DNA of 64,000 nucleotides from Amoeboaphelidium protococcarum X5 (GCA_023515725.1 JALDTO010000179.1:260039-324038), one strand, 5' to 3'. Shown: positions 1 to 13,622, counted from the stretch's first letter. Made by a program: numbers and translations. Notes: a model not told the origin generated them from the sequence alone.

Positions 1-163
1 ATTCTTCATACTAGCTCCTGACGCCTTGAAATGCATTGACACGCTTGAGCCATTATTCATCTCGAGCACTCCACGTGGCACCGTAAATTTGAGCCTCAAA
101 TTGCTACCAGCTGAGCAAATACACAAAGAATGCAGCCTTCAACTATCTAATAGTGTTTACCAT
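1..163 (-). CDS. Possible 5' part of an unknown protein running off the window edge
   Basis: ATG at 163 opens a TGA-free frame (MVNTIRQLKAAFFVYLLSWQQFEAQIYG...) to position 1. No recognisable motif. Confidence 0.25.
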
Positions 164-377
164 TTAGTTATGACGATTTGGTCCACTGGGCCTGAAAAAA
201 GCTAAAACTTGATGATAAGGGACCCTGAACAGGGAGCGGCGTTTTAAATCTCGATCGCACATCTCATCGATAGCTCCCCTTTCAGTGTGATTGAAAGCAA
301 CTAGCTAAATGAGTGACTACTCATTTTGTATAATCTTAAACTTCATAACCGTAATACAGAAAAATATTATAAATCAA

Positions 378-1232
378 TCAATCCAAAATGATATCCAGAA
401 AGGCATTCGCCATTTTAGCACCTCCTTGTATAGATGGTTCTACGCGTTGAACATAATCTTGAGCACTTTTACCATCCAGAACACTAAATAACGGGAACGC
501 AACAACTTCAATGCCATCTAGGCTAATATTTTGTGTCGCTTCATTGAACAGATACTAAATGATAGCCTGTAATCTTTGAGGTTCACTATCATACTTTAGT
601 AGCCACAGCGGAACGTTCGCCCAGGACTTGCCTTTCACCTCACAAGGATAATATATCATGTTTACAATGACTTTGCGCGGTTTCTTGTTGCCAATGACGC
701 GTTTAATGTAATCCTACACGCGAACGCCAAGTAAATTAACCAAGTGCTGCAGCGGCGCCTTCCCACTCAGTATATCAGCTGGCTCGTAGCGGATACTTCT
801 CAAAATTGACCAAATGGTAGATGGCGTCGGATACAGGGCGACATCATTACCGCCAATGCTCACGATTAACACGTCGCCATCCTTCATAAAGGATGAAATG
901 ACCTTGTCACTGGGTAGCAGTTTATGCTTGCGCTCATTCAAAGTGGTCGCCTCTACAGCCGTGTTGATTGCCACCCACTTGTCACCTTCTTCACGATCTA
1001 CAATCCCCTTGTTCAACTGAAAGCTAACGTCAGGCACCATATCAAATAACAAATTCTCATATCCATTGAGTGGTTTCATACGAAGCTCATCTAGAATCCA
1101 ATATTTGTTATCAAGGGATGAGTCGCCGGCGAGCCATATGATTGATCTATCATAGAACTTCTCAGCAATTATCATTAAATCAGAATACGGATGACCATGG
1201 TATGTCTCATAAAATTTGCCCTCGAAAATCAT
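378..1232 (-). CDS. SGNH/GDSL-type hydrolase family protein (284 aa)
   Basis: Motifs LAGDSSLDNKYW and SIGGNDVAL. The frame reads through TAG at 714 to ...DYVQRVEPSIQGGAKMA and ends at TGA 378-380. Confidence 0.7.
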
Positions 1233-1777
1233 TGATATATAGTTTTGTAAATTGAGTAAACGGAATTCACGAAGATAATTAAACGTGGCTTAATCCCCAA
1301 TGATCAAAGGCAAAGAGAGAAGACTGCGACCCTTAAATACTCACAAGAAACTTGCGAAAATAAGGAGCTTACTCAAAAACTTGAGTATAATTTAGATGGT
1401 TTTCAATTCCGTGATGTACCTCGTTATCATAGTACAGAGACAGATAGATAGTCCACTGTTATGAAAGCGTGTACAATACCGTCAGAGTGAAACAAATTCT
1501 ATTCTGAATTTCAACGCGCGCCGATCAAAGAAGATCGTTCTCACTGCTCGCTCTCCTTATCATCAATCATAATTCATTTTCATCATCTTCATCATTTTCG
1601 CGATTATTGTCATTCTGTCGACCGCCCGCTCGACCGACCGACTACAAGACTAAAGAGCGCTGAGTAAGTGGCTTGAGCATCGGCATCTCAATCCTCCCCT
1701 GCTTGTGAAATTAAACGTTTCGTTATTATTCAAAGTATAAGAAGGGTGATTTGATTTAGTTGTCTGCGTGGATAGCG

Positions 1778-3984
1778 ATGTAATTACATAGAAAGACGGC
1801 TGTCAAGATCTCGATATGCATCCTAGTCTGGGTATTCATCTCATTGCTCATATTTAATTAAAGAGTCTGGACTTCCACCAGGCACCTAATCTCTCGCTAT
1901 AGTGCTGATAATTTAGGTAATATTGCTATATACTTTTTTTGAGAAGCTGATTTGTGTGCTGACCATTCATGTATTGCAAATTTTCATGTGTAGAATGGTA
2001 TAGAGATTTTGTGGACAATCAGTATAAAATCCTTAATGGTGAGAAACGCTTCAGAGCTGTGCTTATCTACTTTCATCCGGCCACTGGTAATTGTAATCGG
2101 ATTATGAGCCTCGTATCTGGATTCCTTTTGGCTCTAGTCACCAAGCGTGCTCTGATACTGGATTGGGACAATTAAGATTCAATGTCTCTCGGTCCTGAGG
2201 AGATATCATAGGCCTCATTTTATGATCTATTTGCCAGATTGCCTTTTCCCTTTCTAAAGTCTGAAATTGGATTTAATCTCAAAAGATATAGCAGTGTTCA
2301 TTTATTCAAGAAGAACGGTGTTTACATTGATAACTGCTTTGACTTGTCCACTCTGGATTAGTATGATATTCTGAAAATTGATTATTACTTGTATTGGGGT
2401 CATATCATCGCCCAAAATGACTTGTATGCCGATTACATACAATAGATTGGATATCCAGTATTCAAGCGTGTATCAGACTTGTTATTCCAGCCCAGCGCCG
2501 CTGTTTAAGCCATAATGGATAGGAAGAGTGTTGAATGTGGTGTTGGAGTGTAGATACGCCGTCGATGGGATAGACCGGCTGCGACTGACTAATAATACGC
2601 TGATGCTTCTCTTTACTTGAGGAATCTAAGTTTAGTGGGTAGTAATAGGCCACTGGTGTTGGCCAATGATCTTCCTGTTGACATGTCTCGTTTCAACTAT
2701 GGTATTAATAATAGTACCATCGAGCTTACCGATCCGAACAATGTGTGCAGAACGGGTACTTAATGCATCTAGGAAGGCATCGCTGACATGTTCTTGCTCA
2801 GTAAATGCAAGCAATTGATAACTACGTTCAGTTCAACGTTTGCGCGGTGTAGTGCTGGGTTTTCTAATACTAGGCCGTTCGTCATGTATCCAAGTGGGCA
2901 GTACTATCAAGAGTTTACATCGGAACCACTTGAAGCTGGTGCACTTGAGCACGGATTCGAAATTATGCCTCAAAGTACCAAGAAGTGCTCCATATACAGA
3001 GGCCATTTCCAATTGATTGTTGAGTCTATAGGCGCGTAATCTGCGACCATTAGCTGGATTGCTCTGTCATTTGGTAAGCACAAGTATATTGTGACTACTG
3101 AGTAACTGTCTCCGTCGCCTTTGTCCGATTTGGCTGATGGTGTCCACATTGATGATAAGCGCTTTATATCTAAATCCTCTCATCAGATCTTTTCATCTGA
3201 GAAGTAGTTGCGTCATACTCTGACTGATTTGAAGGCTGATACTCAGTATCGTGTCAAAATATGGTTTCGCTCATTAACGTCCAGGCATGTTAGTGTTTGG
3301 AAGCAGTTTAGGACTGACGTTCAGCAGGATTCCTTTGTACCTCCACTTCCGCCTTTGAATGTCAGTCATCTGAATGACCTTCACATAAGGGAGCATGATT
3401 TTGTAAAATATCCAGCTGCTGTGATTGTACGGATTTCTCGGGGATAAACCCAACTTAAGGCTTGGCTTCGAAGGTTCGATATCTATTTCAACTTGAAATT
3501 TAATTATGATGTTGTGATTGCTGCTCTAGAAGACACTGATAATACTTTGAATGTACCAGAATTGAGAGATGTCTCTTACTCTAAATTGATCCTCGGAAGA
3601 GCCAGTTTGGATGTATGTTCTTTCATTGTACCTAAGTTAAATGATGATAATAACTAGTTTCATATCAACTATGAGTATTTATGGGTTATAGATGATGACC
3701 TTCTGTTAACTGATTAGATTTTGAAAGATCCTGTCCAGATGTTGAAAGATTAAAGTGCAGCTTTCGGCATTTTTAATGAAATGCTAGATGTTAATGACCA
3801 TTAAAATACTACGCTCTCGGTGCAATTTTTAAGTGCAGTATATAAAGTCGAGACGTTGTAGAAGATCTGTTAGGATAGTGGTTAGTTCACATTGGATTAC
3901 GTAGAGAAGGCTAATTTTAAGCATTTGAATCTAAGTTCGCAGGTGAAGCTTATTTAATCTTCTACTCAATAGAAATAAAATTGA
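1778..3984 (+). CDS. Type II membrane glycosyltransferase: GT37/GT23-like fucosyltransferase + FN3 + GT15-like domain; intron 1917-1993
   Basis: N-terminal TM (ISICILVWVFISLLIF). Fucosyltransferase motifs GNCNRIMSLVSGFLLALVTKRALILDW, VGVQIRR and DMFLLSKCKQLITTFSSTF. FN3-like VESIGAQSATISW...LTDLKADTQYRVKIW. C-terminal FNLKFNYDVV...YEYLWVIDDD...DPVQML. TGA at 3982. Confidence 0.7.
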
Positions 3985-4035
3985 TTAGAACTGAGATGTT
4001 AAAGTTTGCTTTTGAATGTTGTTATTGTGTGATGT

Positions 4036-7000
4036 TCATTTCTCTTCATTGATATGATTTACCATTCTTGATGCGTTCATTATGCGTTGGTGAAGCGTAT
4101 ACTTTACAGACTCTTTCGCTATTCTCTTACTCGACTTCATATCCTGGCCATCAGATAGGGCACAAGTGGCACAGTAAGTCAAAATGTCTTATCTTATGCT
4201 GCTAATCTCAGAGCTGAGATAATATACTGACTTCTTATACTGAGAAGTCGATTACGAGGAACGAGTTTAAGTACTACCACCAAGAGTAGGAATATCCAAG
4301 GACAGAACATTGTTAATGAGCTTAGAGAGCCTTTCCTGCTTCAGCCGAGCATTCTACTTTTACAGATGCTAAAGATAACGACGCGATTTTAAATCAGACA
4401 GCTAGGATCCGGTCTCCTTCACCAAAAACTAACCAGATCGTTGCAGTTACTATAACTAATCAACCTTCTTGCTCTCACTAAGACGTTTATTTTCAATCTA
4501 TAAGGCATCCATCTCAATCTGTAAAGTCTCCATTGCATCTTGATATAATTTGATTTGCTCCAGCAGTTTCTTTTGCTCCTTCTCGTAATTGTCCACAATA
4601 GAAGACTTAGATCTCAAATCCTATAACTTCTTTTCCAACAGCTGCAGCTTTATAGCATTCTACTGCAAGAGATCATCCTTTAATTTAAGATCATTGGACA
4701 ATCTAGAAAGCTGCTACTCTAAAGCTGATACCTTGGAACTTTGCTTCACCTCCTCTAAATGCTTTTCCTTTAGATCATGAGCAAATCTAGACCAGAGTGG
4801 AGTAAAGTCATCATCACTATCCTTAAAGTTGGAGTTATCACTAATATCATCAAGTAACAAAGACAGCTAGTTGCGCAGATTATTATCAGTTACTGCAACT
4901 TATTTAGAAGCAGAAGAATCCTCCTGCTTTAATTGCTAATCAAGCACAGTCACTACTTTGCTGATAATTTTCTACATCTGACCACTAATAACCTCATTGC
5001 AAAGTACATTTTTTCTAGGAGGTGATATGGAATCTTTAGCTTGCCGTGCCTTCATGATTAGAACATTTACATTGTTGTCGGTATCATCAATAGAGGCAGT
5101 TCCAGAACTCGTCATTAGTCGGATCATAGCATCAAGCAGATGCATCAGAGATTGCTGACTGCAAATGAACGTGTTCAACGTACTAGAAGAGAGTAAACCT
5201 TAGATCAATTTCAACACACCAGGGCCATCTTCAAAACCAATTTACTCTTCTTGAGATACAATCCGATTAATAATTTTATCCAAATGCATGTCCAAAGATT
5301 TTAGATGCACAGCCATTCCAGAATATAACCGCACTTACACAGCATCACATCTCTCGAACGACACTATTATCAGTTACATTATACAACAAGACAGAGACAG
5401 AAGACTATCAAAGCAGCTGATCTAACGTCTAAACGCATCACTACTTATACTTTAATCTTATAAAGACAACGCCTCTTAAATTGTTTACAACTTTCCATAC
5501 ACTTGGAGGGCATAGAAATAAACATCAATCTGTTAGTCTTGATACAAAGCACTGGGCACAAAGCAGCTAAATACTTCATTCTTCTAGAGTTGAACATCAA
5601 GTTGAGACTTTAGCACGTCCAATTCAATATTTCTTCTAGCAAACTTTCGACTAGTCTTACTTAGTTGAATACTCAATTCTCTCATTTCAGAGGACTGACT
5701 TTATAAAGGCGCAGAATCAGCTGACTACTTGCTCTCAGTCAAGTGCATGATATCATTTTGCAAAGTTTCAACTAACCTTCTAAACTATTCTATGGACTAC
5801 TGATATGCTTCACACTGTTTATCCTTAACTGCGACAATTACCTAGATTTCCTTCAAATCCTACTCCCTCTCTTCCAACTCTGCCTGTAAATCCCGTAATG
5901 CCTCCTGATTAGTGAACTCCAACTCGTCATTCAAGTCACGAAGTGTCTCCAATTCTTCAATCTGCACCATAAGACTGTCCACTTCCTCCTGTAGGCGAAT
6001 ATTCTCAAATGATAGCTAGTCCATCACGAAACTACTACTGCTAGACTCATCAAGTTACTCTTTAAGATAATCCAGCTATTTCCTCAACTCTTAAACCTCC
6101 TACTAAGCGGCATTATACTTGCTCTAAATTTCCTAAAGCTTACTCAACTCCTTCACTTTTCTACTCAATTCCAACTACAAATCATCCTTTACCTATTTTA
6201 ATTAGATCAATGCAAACTTTAGCTACTTTTAATCAATTTGCAATTTATCATTAACCTCTGAAGATGCAGACTACTCATTCTATTGCATAACTTCCAACTA
6301 CTGCTGCTATTCCAATTACAGTTCTTCAATTTCCATTTACAAGATTTCAATTCGTTCATCAGCCAGCTCCTTGTCTAGCTGTAAAGATTCATAATCTGAT
6401 GATAATTGTGTGTACTAAGCCAAAACTTTCTCATACTTTAACGTCAAATCCCGAATCTTGGCCAGATCTTTACTCCTCAACTCTTCATTTCTCTAAATCA
6501 GTAATTTCAGCTAAGTGACACTTCCAACTTATTATTATTATTATTAATGTTGCTGCTGTTACTTCTTTTGCTATTCCTATTACATTGCAACTGATGATGA
6601 TGACTATTATTATGCCGCGATATTCTATTTAACCGTGGTACTAGATGGAGCCATAGTTTAGCGCCTAGACGGCCGCCTGCTCAACTCTCCGGCACCATCT
6701 TCTGGCTCCTCTCTAATCATCTCATTCTCAGTATTACCAGAACTTGCCTTAACACTGCCAGATTATTAAGAAGCTCCTTTCATTAGTGGCATACTCTAAC
6801 GCTTATTCTTCATCTCCTGACTATTGTGACTGCCACTAGAAGCTGGTTTATTAACATCATTGGTTCGAAGCTTAGATTCTAGTTGGAATGATCGCACAAA
6901 GAGACCATGATTATTAGGACATGTAAAATACCATTCACCGTTAACACTTCCGTCATTCTTACCATTAGGCTCAACCAGTTCAATACCGACCCACTCACCA

Positions 7001-7092
7001 GTACTAAACTTTGTGCTACCAATAAACTTGATCACACCCTTGCCATAATTTGACAAATCCACAGAATCACCAACCTTGTGCTTCACATTCAT
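4036..7092 (-). CDS. DCTN1: Dynactin subunit 1 (p150Glued/Nip100)
   Basis: N-terminal CAP-Gly (WVGIELVEPNGKNDGSVNGEWYFTCPNNHGLFVR), then a Q-rich linker and long coiled coils. About 1018 aa with TAR=Gln. TGA at 4036. Confidence 0.8.
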
Positions 7093-7712
7093 TAATATAA
7101 TTTTATTTAATTTAAAAAGTAATATGAGGAACTCTCCAACCAATAGTAAAGAAAATAAAGGTTATAACACTGTAAAAGCACAGACAGACTGACTGACGTA
7201 GTAGAAAGAATACCTTATGAACTGTACTGTAAGTGAGAAGCGTTGAGGAAGACGCGCGATTCTCGGGTGAATTGAAGGAAATTTGATCACGCGCGCGTAT
7301 TGTTTCAAGTCGGACGCCACCGCTGTTGCCCATTGTTTTTACTGATCGTGAACGGCCGTGGTTTCAACAGTGTCAATACATACAGTAGATACTCAAGACA
7401 GGATGCTCTGTATGTGTAGAATGTAGCCTTGTCATGAAGGTAATTAATTTATTGCATTGACGCTTCTGATTGGTAGTGTCGCTATAAATATCATGCATAT
7501 CACCGTTGCTATAACATCTGCCAGTGTTGCTTTATCCTGACTCTACACCTCTCTTCATTACAGCTAACACGGCAACGTACATCCAATAAATTGTTATACA
7601 CCTATTGTATAATATTGGTATAATAACTATCTAGAACAATACTCACTCTAACTTTGATTAGACTATATTGAAAGCATAGTGCGTGTTTGCATACAGTACT
7701 TTAATCTGGAAA

Positions 7713-9953
7713 ATGGACTTCATCTTCAATACAATTAAGTTGTAAAATAGCGACACTTACTGTAATGGGGCAGTGTAAAAGCATTTAAGCGATGAGATTC
7801 TGGTTGCTTGTCAGACATCGAATCCCAACATGGCTTACTTGGTCTCAATTAATCCTAGCAATTTCTCGCGTTACTCCGTTGCTTTTCAACAGTCCTTGAC
7901 CACATAATGGCAATTCAAGTCTATTGTGCTGGACTCTACTGATAACATATTCATGCTGATGCAAGGTCCCATTACGTCTGCAAATTAATTGGTTTCAGTG
8001 AACAAATTAAACTCGAATTACAGTCTTGTGTTTGCCTCTTTATTGAGTGGCGATTCCGTTGGTGTTTATGGGGTCAGCTTGTCTATTACGTCGGGTGCAA
8101 TTACATAGGATGGAGACTTGCTTTACATTGGGTCTTAGTATAACACGTCGACTGAAAATGGCAATTACGTAAAGCAGCCAGAGGATTCAATGTACGGTAT
8201 TTTATACAAGAATGGCACCTAAGGGCCACGCGAGGTGAGGTATAGTCCTTAAGTGGTGGACTATCTAACTGATGTTGACACTTTTGATGGGAGGACTTTC
8301 GCTTTAGTGGGCAAGTATAATACGTCTGGCGCTGTGTATTTTGTGCATGCTAACCTCTCTTTAATCGGATTCTAATATACTGGTGGTAATGTGGTTGATT
8401 CGTCTTACTCCTCTGTCTATGCCACTCAGTAGTATTTTTATACGGCTGGGCCTCGACTTTCTGTTGACGCTTCATATTATCAGACTTTACTGAGCAGGTT
8501 TCATCGGGTAAACTTTACACAGGATTTTAGGTTTGGTTCTTTGGTATCTGCCGTCAACCGTAGCTTGTACATCCCGGATTTATTCATGGATGAGTCGAGG
8601 GATCTCATCTATGCTGCCGTTAGCGTTATTGGAGATGAGTATAGAGGATTTGGCTACCTGAAAATGTAGGCGTCCAATTTTTCAGATTATCAGTTTGAAG
8701 TCTATACTTCATCATACTATGTGCCAGTGTCAATCAATCTGCTGCGTAACGAAAGCGTGATTATGACAGGCTCTGGTCAAGTGAATGGGTCTATTCCTTT
8801 CTACTGGGTTGAAAACTCTACTTATGCCTCTGCCTCTCCGCCGGTTGTTGTTTCGTCTGCACTAGTTACTGCGTCCACATCCACGGTCTCTACGTCAACA
8901 ACGTCTACCACCAGCACGCTCACTCCTACTGCAACTACTACTACGTCCACAACAACTCCTAGGACTACCACTACTATTAAGACGTCCACAACAACTACTA
9001 GGACTACTCCGTCTACTACATCCACAAGTACAACCACTCTTACGACTACGACAACTACTCCTAGGACATCTACTACGACCACTACAACTACTACTACTAC
9101 GACTACTACAACTAGCACTACTACTACTACGACCACTACGACACCAACTACTACAACGACAACGACAACGACTTCCAGTGCTACGAGACCGACGACTACG
9201 ACTACTTCATTGGTAACCAGTAGTATAAATCCGCTGCAAACAACCTCCTCGAGTGTATAAGATCTTTTGACACCTCTGCCATTGTCAATCAAAGCCATCA
9301 CAACTTCAACTACAGCAGATGGCACAGCAACCCTATACTCGTCCACACCTGCTGGTTAGCTTCTTAGTAGCGCTTATTTTGACTCCTAAAGCTCTGCTGC
9401 CACGACGAAATCTGCTGGACCGATGACATTTTCTGAGTCTATGGAATCTCTGAATTTTAGTACCGTCTCTGCTACCAGTTTATAGTCAACTAGTAATTAA
9501 TTGACAGTATTGGGTGACAGTGTGACCGTCAGTAGTCAAAAACTTACATAGTAAACAACTCCACAGGGTACGCCTAAAGTGTCTGAATTTATTACATTTG
9601 GTATTGGCAACACTGTTTTTAATTCTCAAACTGTGGCTGGTGGTGACAGTGGTAATAGCAATACTAACAGCAATAATGTGTCTGGTAATTAGAATTCCGG
9701 AGCCGTGTCCTTCTTCTCTGATACGAACAAATTGGCAGCTGTTGCAGCAGCATTTGTAGTTCTGGTCAGTATTATGATGTACGCGTTGGCCAAGTGTGTA
9801 AAGAGGCGTAAGGCTAGAAAGTGGGCCTAGTAGAACAATTACAATAACACCACCACCACAACCACAACCATGGATATGAACGGGATGACGGCCATGAATG
9901 CCACCATCCCACTGCAGCAGACGACAATGTTATAATACAACCAGCAAAATTGA
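7713..9953 (+). CDS. Single-pass membrane protein: beta-propeller-like ectodomain + Thr/Ser mucin stalk + TM + short tail (paralog 1; start uncertain)
   Basis: Continuous frame with TAR=Gln. Poly-Thr stalk at 8870-9260. TM LAAVAAAFVVLVSIMMYALA followed by KRRKARK. Tail AMNATIPLQQTTM. Aligns with the next gene. Confidence 0.7.
8870..9210 (+). repeat. ACN (Thr-codon) low-complexity repeat encoding the mucin stalk
   Basis: Runs of ACT/ACA/ACG/ACC encoding poly-T. Confidence 0.85.
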
Positions 9954-10237
9954 TGTAAACTATGATTGTTAAAAAAAGTTATGAGAATAATATAAAAAAT
10001 TAATGTAATATAACTTTCATAACTTTACCAACACCTTCAGTTTCTGTGTGCGATGAGTGCGAACTACCGTCGTTGATTGGCAGCTAATTTTAGATTGGAG
10101 GTGGTGCATATAATGATAATGCTCTAAATTGACAGCATCACCGCCTTCTTTCCAGTTTAATAACCAACCTTCACACCCTCTTTTTGACATTCAATCGATA
10201 ATTGATAATCTCTGGCTATTTTAATTGATTTATTAAT

Positions 10238-12535
10238 ATGCAGGCATCATAAAACTATCATTATCAGAATCTGCAAGTGGCTGGCTCTCCATCGTGTTTC
10301 AATGGCGTCTAAATGCACTTAAATGACAACATCCTTATCGCTTGTCATGCATATAATCCTTCAAGAGCAATGATAATAACCGTAAATCCTAGCAATTTTA
10401 CGCGTTATTCTATTGCGTATTAAATGGATACAGAATTACAGTTAACCTTCTTGCTACTGGACTCCAGCGATAACATTTACATGTTTCTAAATCCTTAGTA
10501 GAATGGCTCTATCCTAAAGGCTTCTGTCAGAAAGTTGACGTCCAACTTCACATACGTTTATTAATCAACTATTGGTAATGGGGTCACCGATGTATTAACA
10601 TCCGGAGCTTTCACTTCTACTGGTGATCTTATCTTTGGGGGATATACGAGAGGGTTTTTTGCCGGAACATTTGTCGGTGGTTCGTCAGATGCTATCTGTG
10701 GTATCTTGTAATAAAATGGCTTGATGGGAACAAAAAAACAATTTGGCACTTATTATAACGATAAAATCTTGGATATTGAAAGCTTTGATGGGCAGTATTT
10801 TGCTTTGGCTGGGTAGCATTCAGATACTGGCGTTGTCAGATTCTTTCATGCCAACTTAACCCAGATTAGGGAATCCTAACAATTCACTTCGCTGAACTTT
10901 GCCTACTTCTCTGCAGTGCATGCAACGGATTAATATTTCTACTTATCTGGCAGTGCGCGCACGTATAGTTAATCCAAAATTTATGGTTTATTGAATCGTT
11001 ATCACCGTGGCAATTTCTCATATGACGAAACCTTTGAAAGAATTGTGTCAAATAACAATATGGACGTATACGCGCCCGATATATTTGTGGATGAAGAAGC
11101 AGATATTCTCTACGCAGCGATAGTGAATGTATACTATGGTAATAACTACTTGGGTATTATGAGGTTAATTGTCTCCAATTAGACCGATTTAGACTCCCCC
11201 ATCTACACAAATTTGCCTAGTTCGCAGGCAATTTCTATTTAATTGCTGAGGAGTAAAAATGTAGTAATTACTGGCTCTGGGTCGGGAAGTGGGCTGACTC
11301 CTTTCTACTGGGCAGAGAATTACACGTATCCCTCTGCTGCACCATTAAATGGGCCACCCAGTTTGACTACTACAACTACATCGCTGAATACTCGCACTTC
11401 ATCGTCCACCTCTAGGATTACAACTTCGATCAAGAGTAGCAGTACTAGCTCTTACAGTACTGTTGTAACTACGTCAACAAGGACTACTACTACTGCTACT
11501 TCTACTACTACTATTGCTACTACTACTAAGAATTCTACTTCTACTACTACTGCTACTACTACTACTGCTACTACGAGTTCTACTACTGCTATTACGAGTT
11601 CTACTACTGCTATTACGAGTACTACTACTGCTACCACGAGTACTATCATGAAGACAATTGCTTCATCAACTGCGACATCAAGTGATGCCTTGATAGCAAC
11701 GACAAGTCGCAGCACATCCTCTATATTCACGACTACCGAGATTCTGGAGTCTTCTGCCACCACCACTTCCGTCATAACTTCAAGTTCGAGAGCTACCAGT
11801 AGCGCTTCCGGTACGTCTGATTAAGCGTCTGTATTGTCAACAAATTCTGTTGGATCATAGTCTAATTCGAAGTAATCAAGTTCTCAGACCACTACTAGCA
11901 CATTGCATTAGTCATAATCAGAGTCTTCAAGTGCGCCATTCGAGTCTACTATCACGTCGATCAAACTTATTAGCTCAACTGCATCTGATCTGATGTAGTC
12001 ATAATCAGGCAGTCCAACTTCCACTTTGATTTCATCTACTGACTAATTGACATCAATAGTGATTAATGTTACTCCATCTGTGCAGTCTGGTATCATCATT
12101 ACTACTAGCAGTTATAAGTTGAGTGTGGTGCCTGTTGATGGCTCGAGTTCTATGGCTCTACCATCCTCTGCAGGCTACATTACTTTTAATCCTATTCTGT
12201 AGTCCGGCTCAAGCTTATCGACCAGTGTTGATACTCGTGATAATGGTGGCAATAATAATAATAATAACTCGCTGGTCAACCAAAGCTCCCCTGCTGCCAA
12301 CTTCTTCGCCGATACTACCAGAATAGTATCTCTAACGGCCGGGTTTATTATTTTGCTAACTATCGCCATAGTTGTAGGCTTCAGAGTAGTTAGGAAACGC
12401 AGAGCTAATGCTCGTGCTAAATTGGCCGTGATTGAGCAGAGTACTTATGAATCTCCTACGGTAATTGCTGCTATGAACGCCACCATCCCTTTGCAGTAAA
12501 CCACAATGACGCAGCAATACAGTTCTTATACGTGA
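10238..12535 (+). CDS. Single-pass membrane protein: beta-propeller-like ectodomain + Thr/Ser mucin stalk + TM + short tail (paralog 2; start uncertain)
   Basis: Shares NPSNF.RYS.A, LDS.DNI.M, PD.F.DE..D..YAA, PFYW.EN.TY.SA and the tail AMNATIPLQQTTM with paralog 1. TM IVSLTAGFIILLTIAIVVGF. TGA at 12533. Confidence 0.7.
11480..11645 (+). repeat. Thr-rich tandem repeat (ACT runs; ~21-bp unit actactgctattacgagttct)
   Basis: Visible tandem units encoding TTAITSS. Confidence 0.8.
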
Positions 12536-12698
12536 TAAATTTGATGAAAAATGAATGAATAAAATGCAACAGTATTATCGAATGTTTTAGTTGGGAATTA
12601 GAAAATAGTAACTTGTCTCAACTTCACCTTTTTTACTTGTTATAGTTATTATTGTTGTCTACCGTCTAACGCCTTCGCCTTAGACAAGCACCCGTAGG

Positions 12699-13622
12699 AT
12701 GGCGTAAATCTATAGAACAATACAAGATTAGATTAACGTAAGGGGACCAACTTATGTGGTGAAATGGAGCGGCAATAATAGACACTGTCTCGCTGGTGGA
12801 CTGGATAAAGAAATCCGTCTATATAATCCGCATTTGGAATCTGATCAGTGTATATAAAGATACAGCGGCCATTAAGCTGCCGTGCATTGTATTGCTATAT
12901 CACCGCATATCAATGAGAGTTTCGTATCTGGCGGTGCGGATGGTAGAGCATTGGTATGGGATGTTCTAAGTGGTAAAGTGATTCAGAAGTTGAGTGCCCA
13001 TCAACTGCGGATCAACGACATATGTGTGAATGATGAATTGTCTGTGATGGCCACTGCGTCTTAAGATTCGCTGGTCAAGCTGTGGGATATTCGATAGAAG
13101 ATGCGCGCATAAGTTTAAATCTAAGAATTATCTGATGCCACAGATAGTGTAAGTTCTGTATCTATGAGTCGATATATGATCGCTGCAGCCAGTATTGACG
13201 GTCACGTTCGTGTGTATGATATTCGCCGAGGATAGCTGGACGCGTTCTATATAGACGGTGGTGATAATAGTGGAATACCATGCACCAAATGTATTATAAA
13301 TCAAGATTAGAACGCGATTTTGGTCTCATCGTTAGATAATAGTGCTCGATTGATTGATCTGACGAATGGAGATGTTCTCAATCTGTTCACTGGTCATGTT
13401 AATCTTGAATACAAAATTGATAGCTGTTTAATAAATAATGAATCTTAGGTAGTTTGTGGATCTGAAGATGGCCGAATTGTTGTATATGATATGATAGATG
13501 GTACTATAACATCTGAGGTGAAAGTGTCTCAGAGCCAAGTGCTTGCAATTGATGTTAACCAGAAGAATGACCTCATGGTATCCACAGGCACCGGCAGCAT
13601 AAATCTGATCAAGACACTATGA
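12699..13622 (+). CDS. WDR83: WD40 repeat protein WDR83/MORG1
   Basis: GGLDKEIRLYNP...YSGH, SGGADGRALVWDV, DATDSVSSV and ASIDGHVRVYDIRRGQL match MORG1. Confidence 0.8.

Noticed and set aside
1501-1750. Hydrophobic frame (FIFIIFIIFAIIVIL) as first exon of the glycosyltransferase
   Set aside because: No in-frame ATG. ATG 1778 gives a clean TM-containing first exon.
8822-9346. Poly-Val ORFs (also 11452-11775) that look like membrane proteins
   Set aside because: Reverse complement of the Thr-codon repeats in the mucin stalks.
8870-11645. CRISPR-like or telomeric array
   Set aside because: The repeats are coding trinucleotide runs without spacers. I recognised no tRNA, rRNA or CRISPR signatures in the window.
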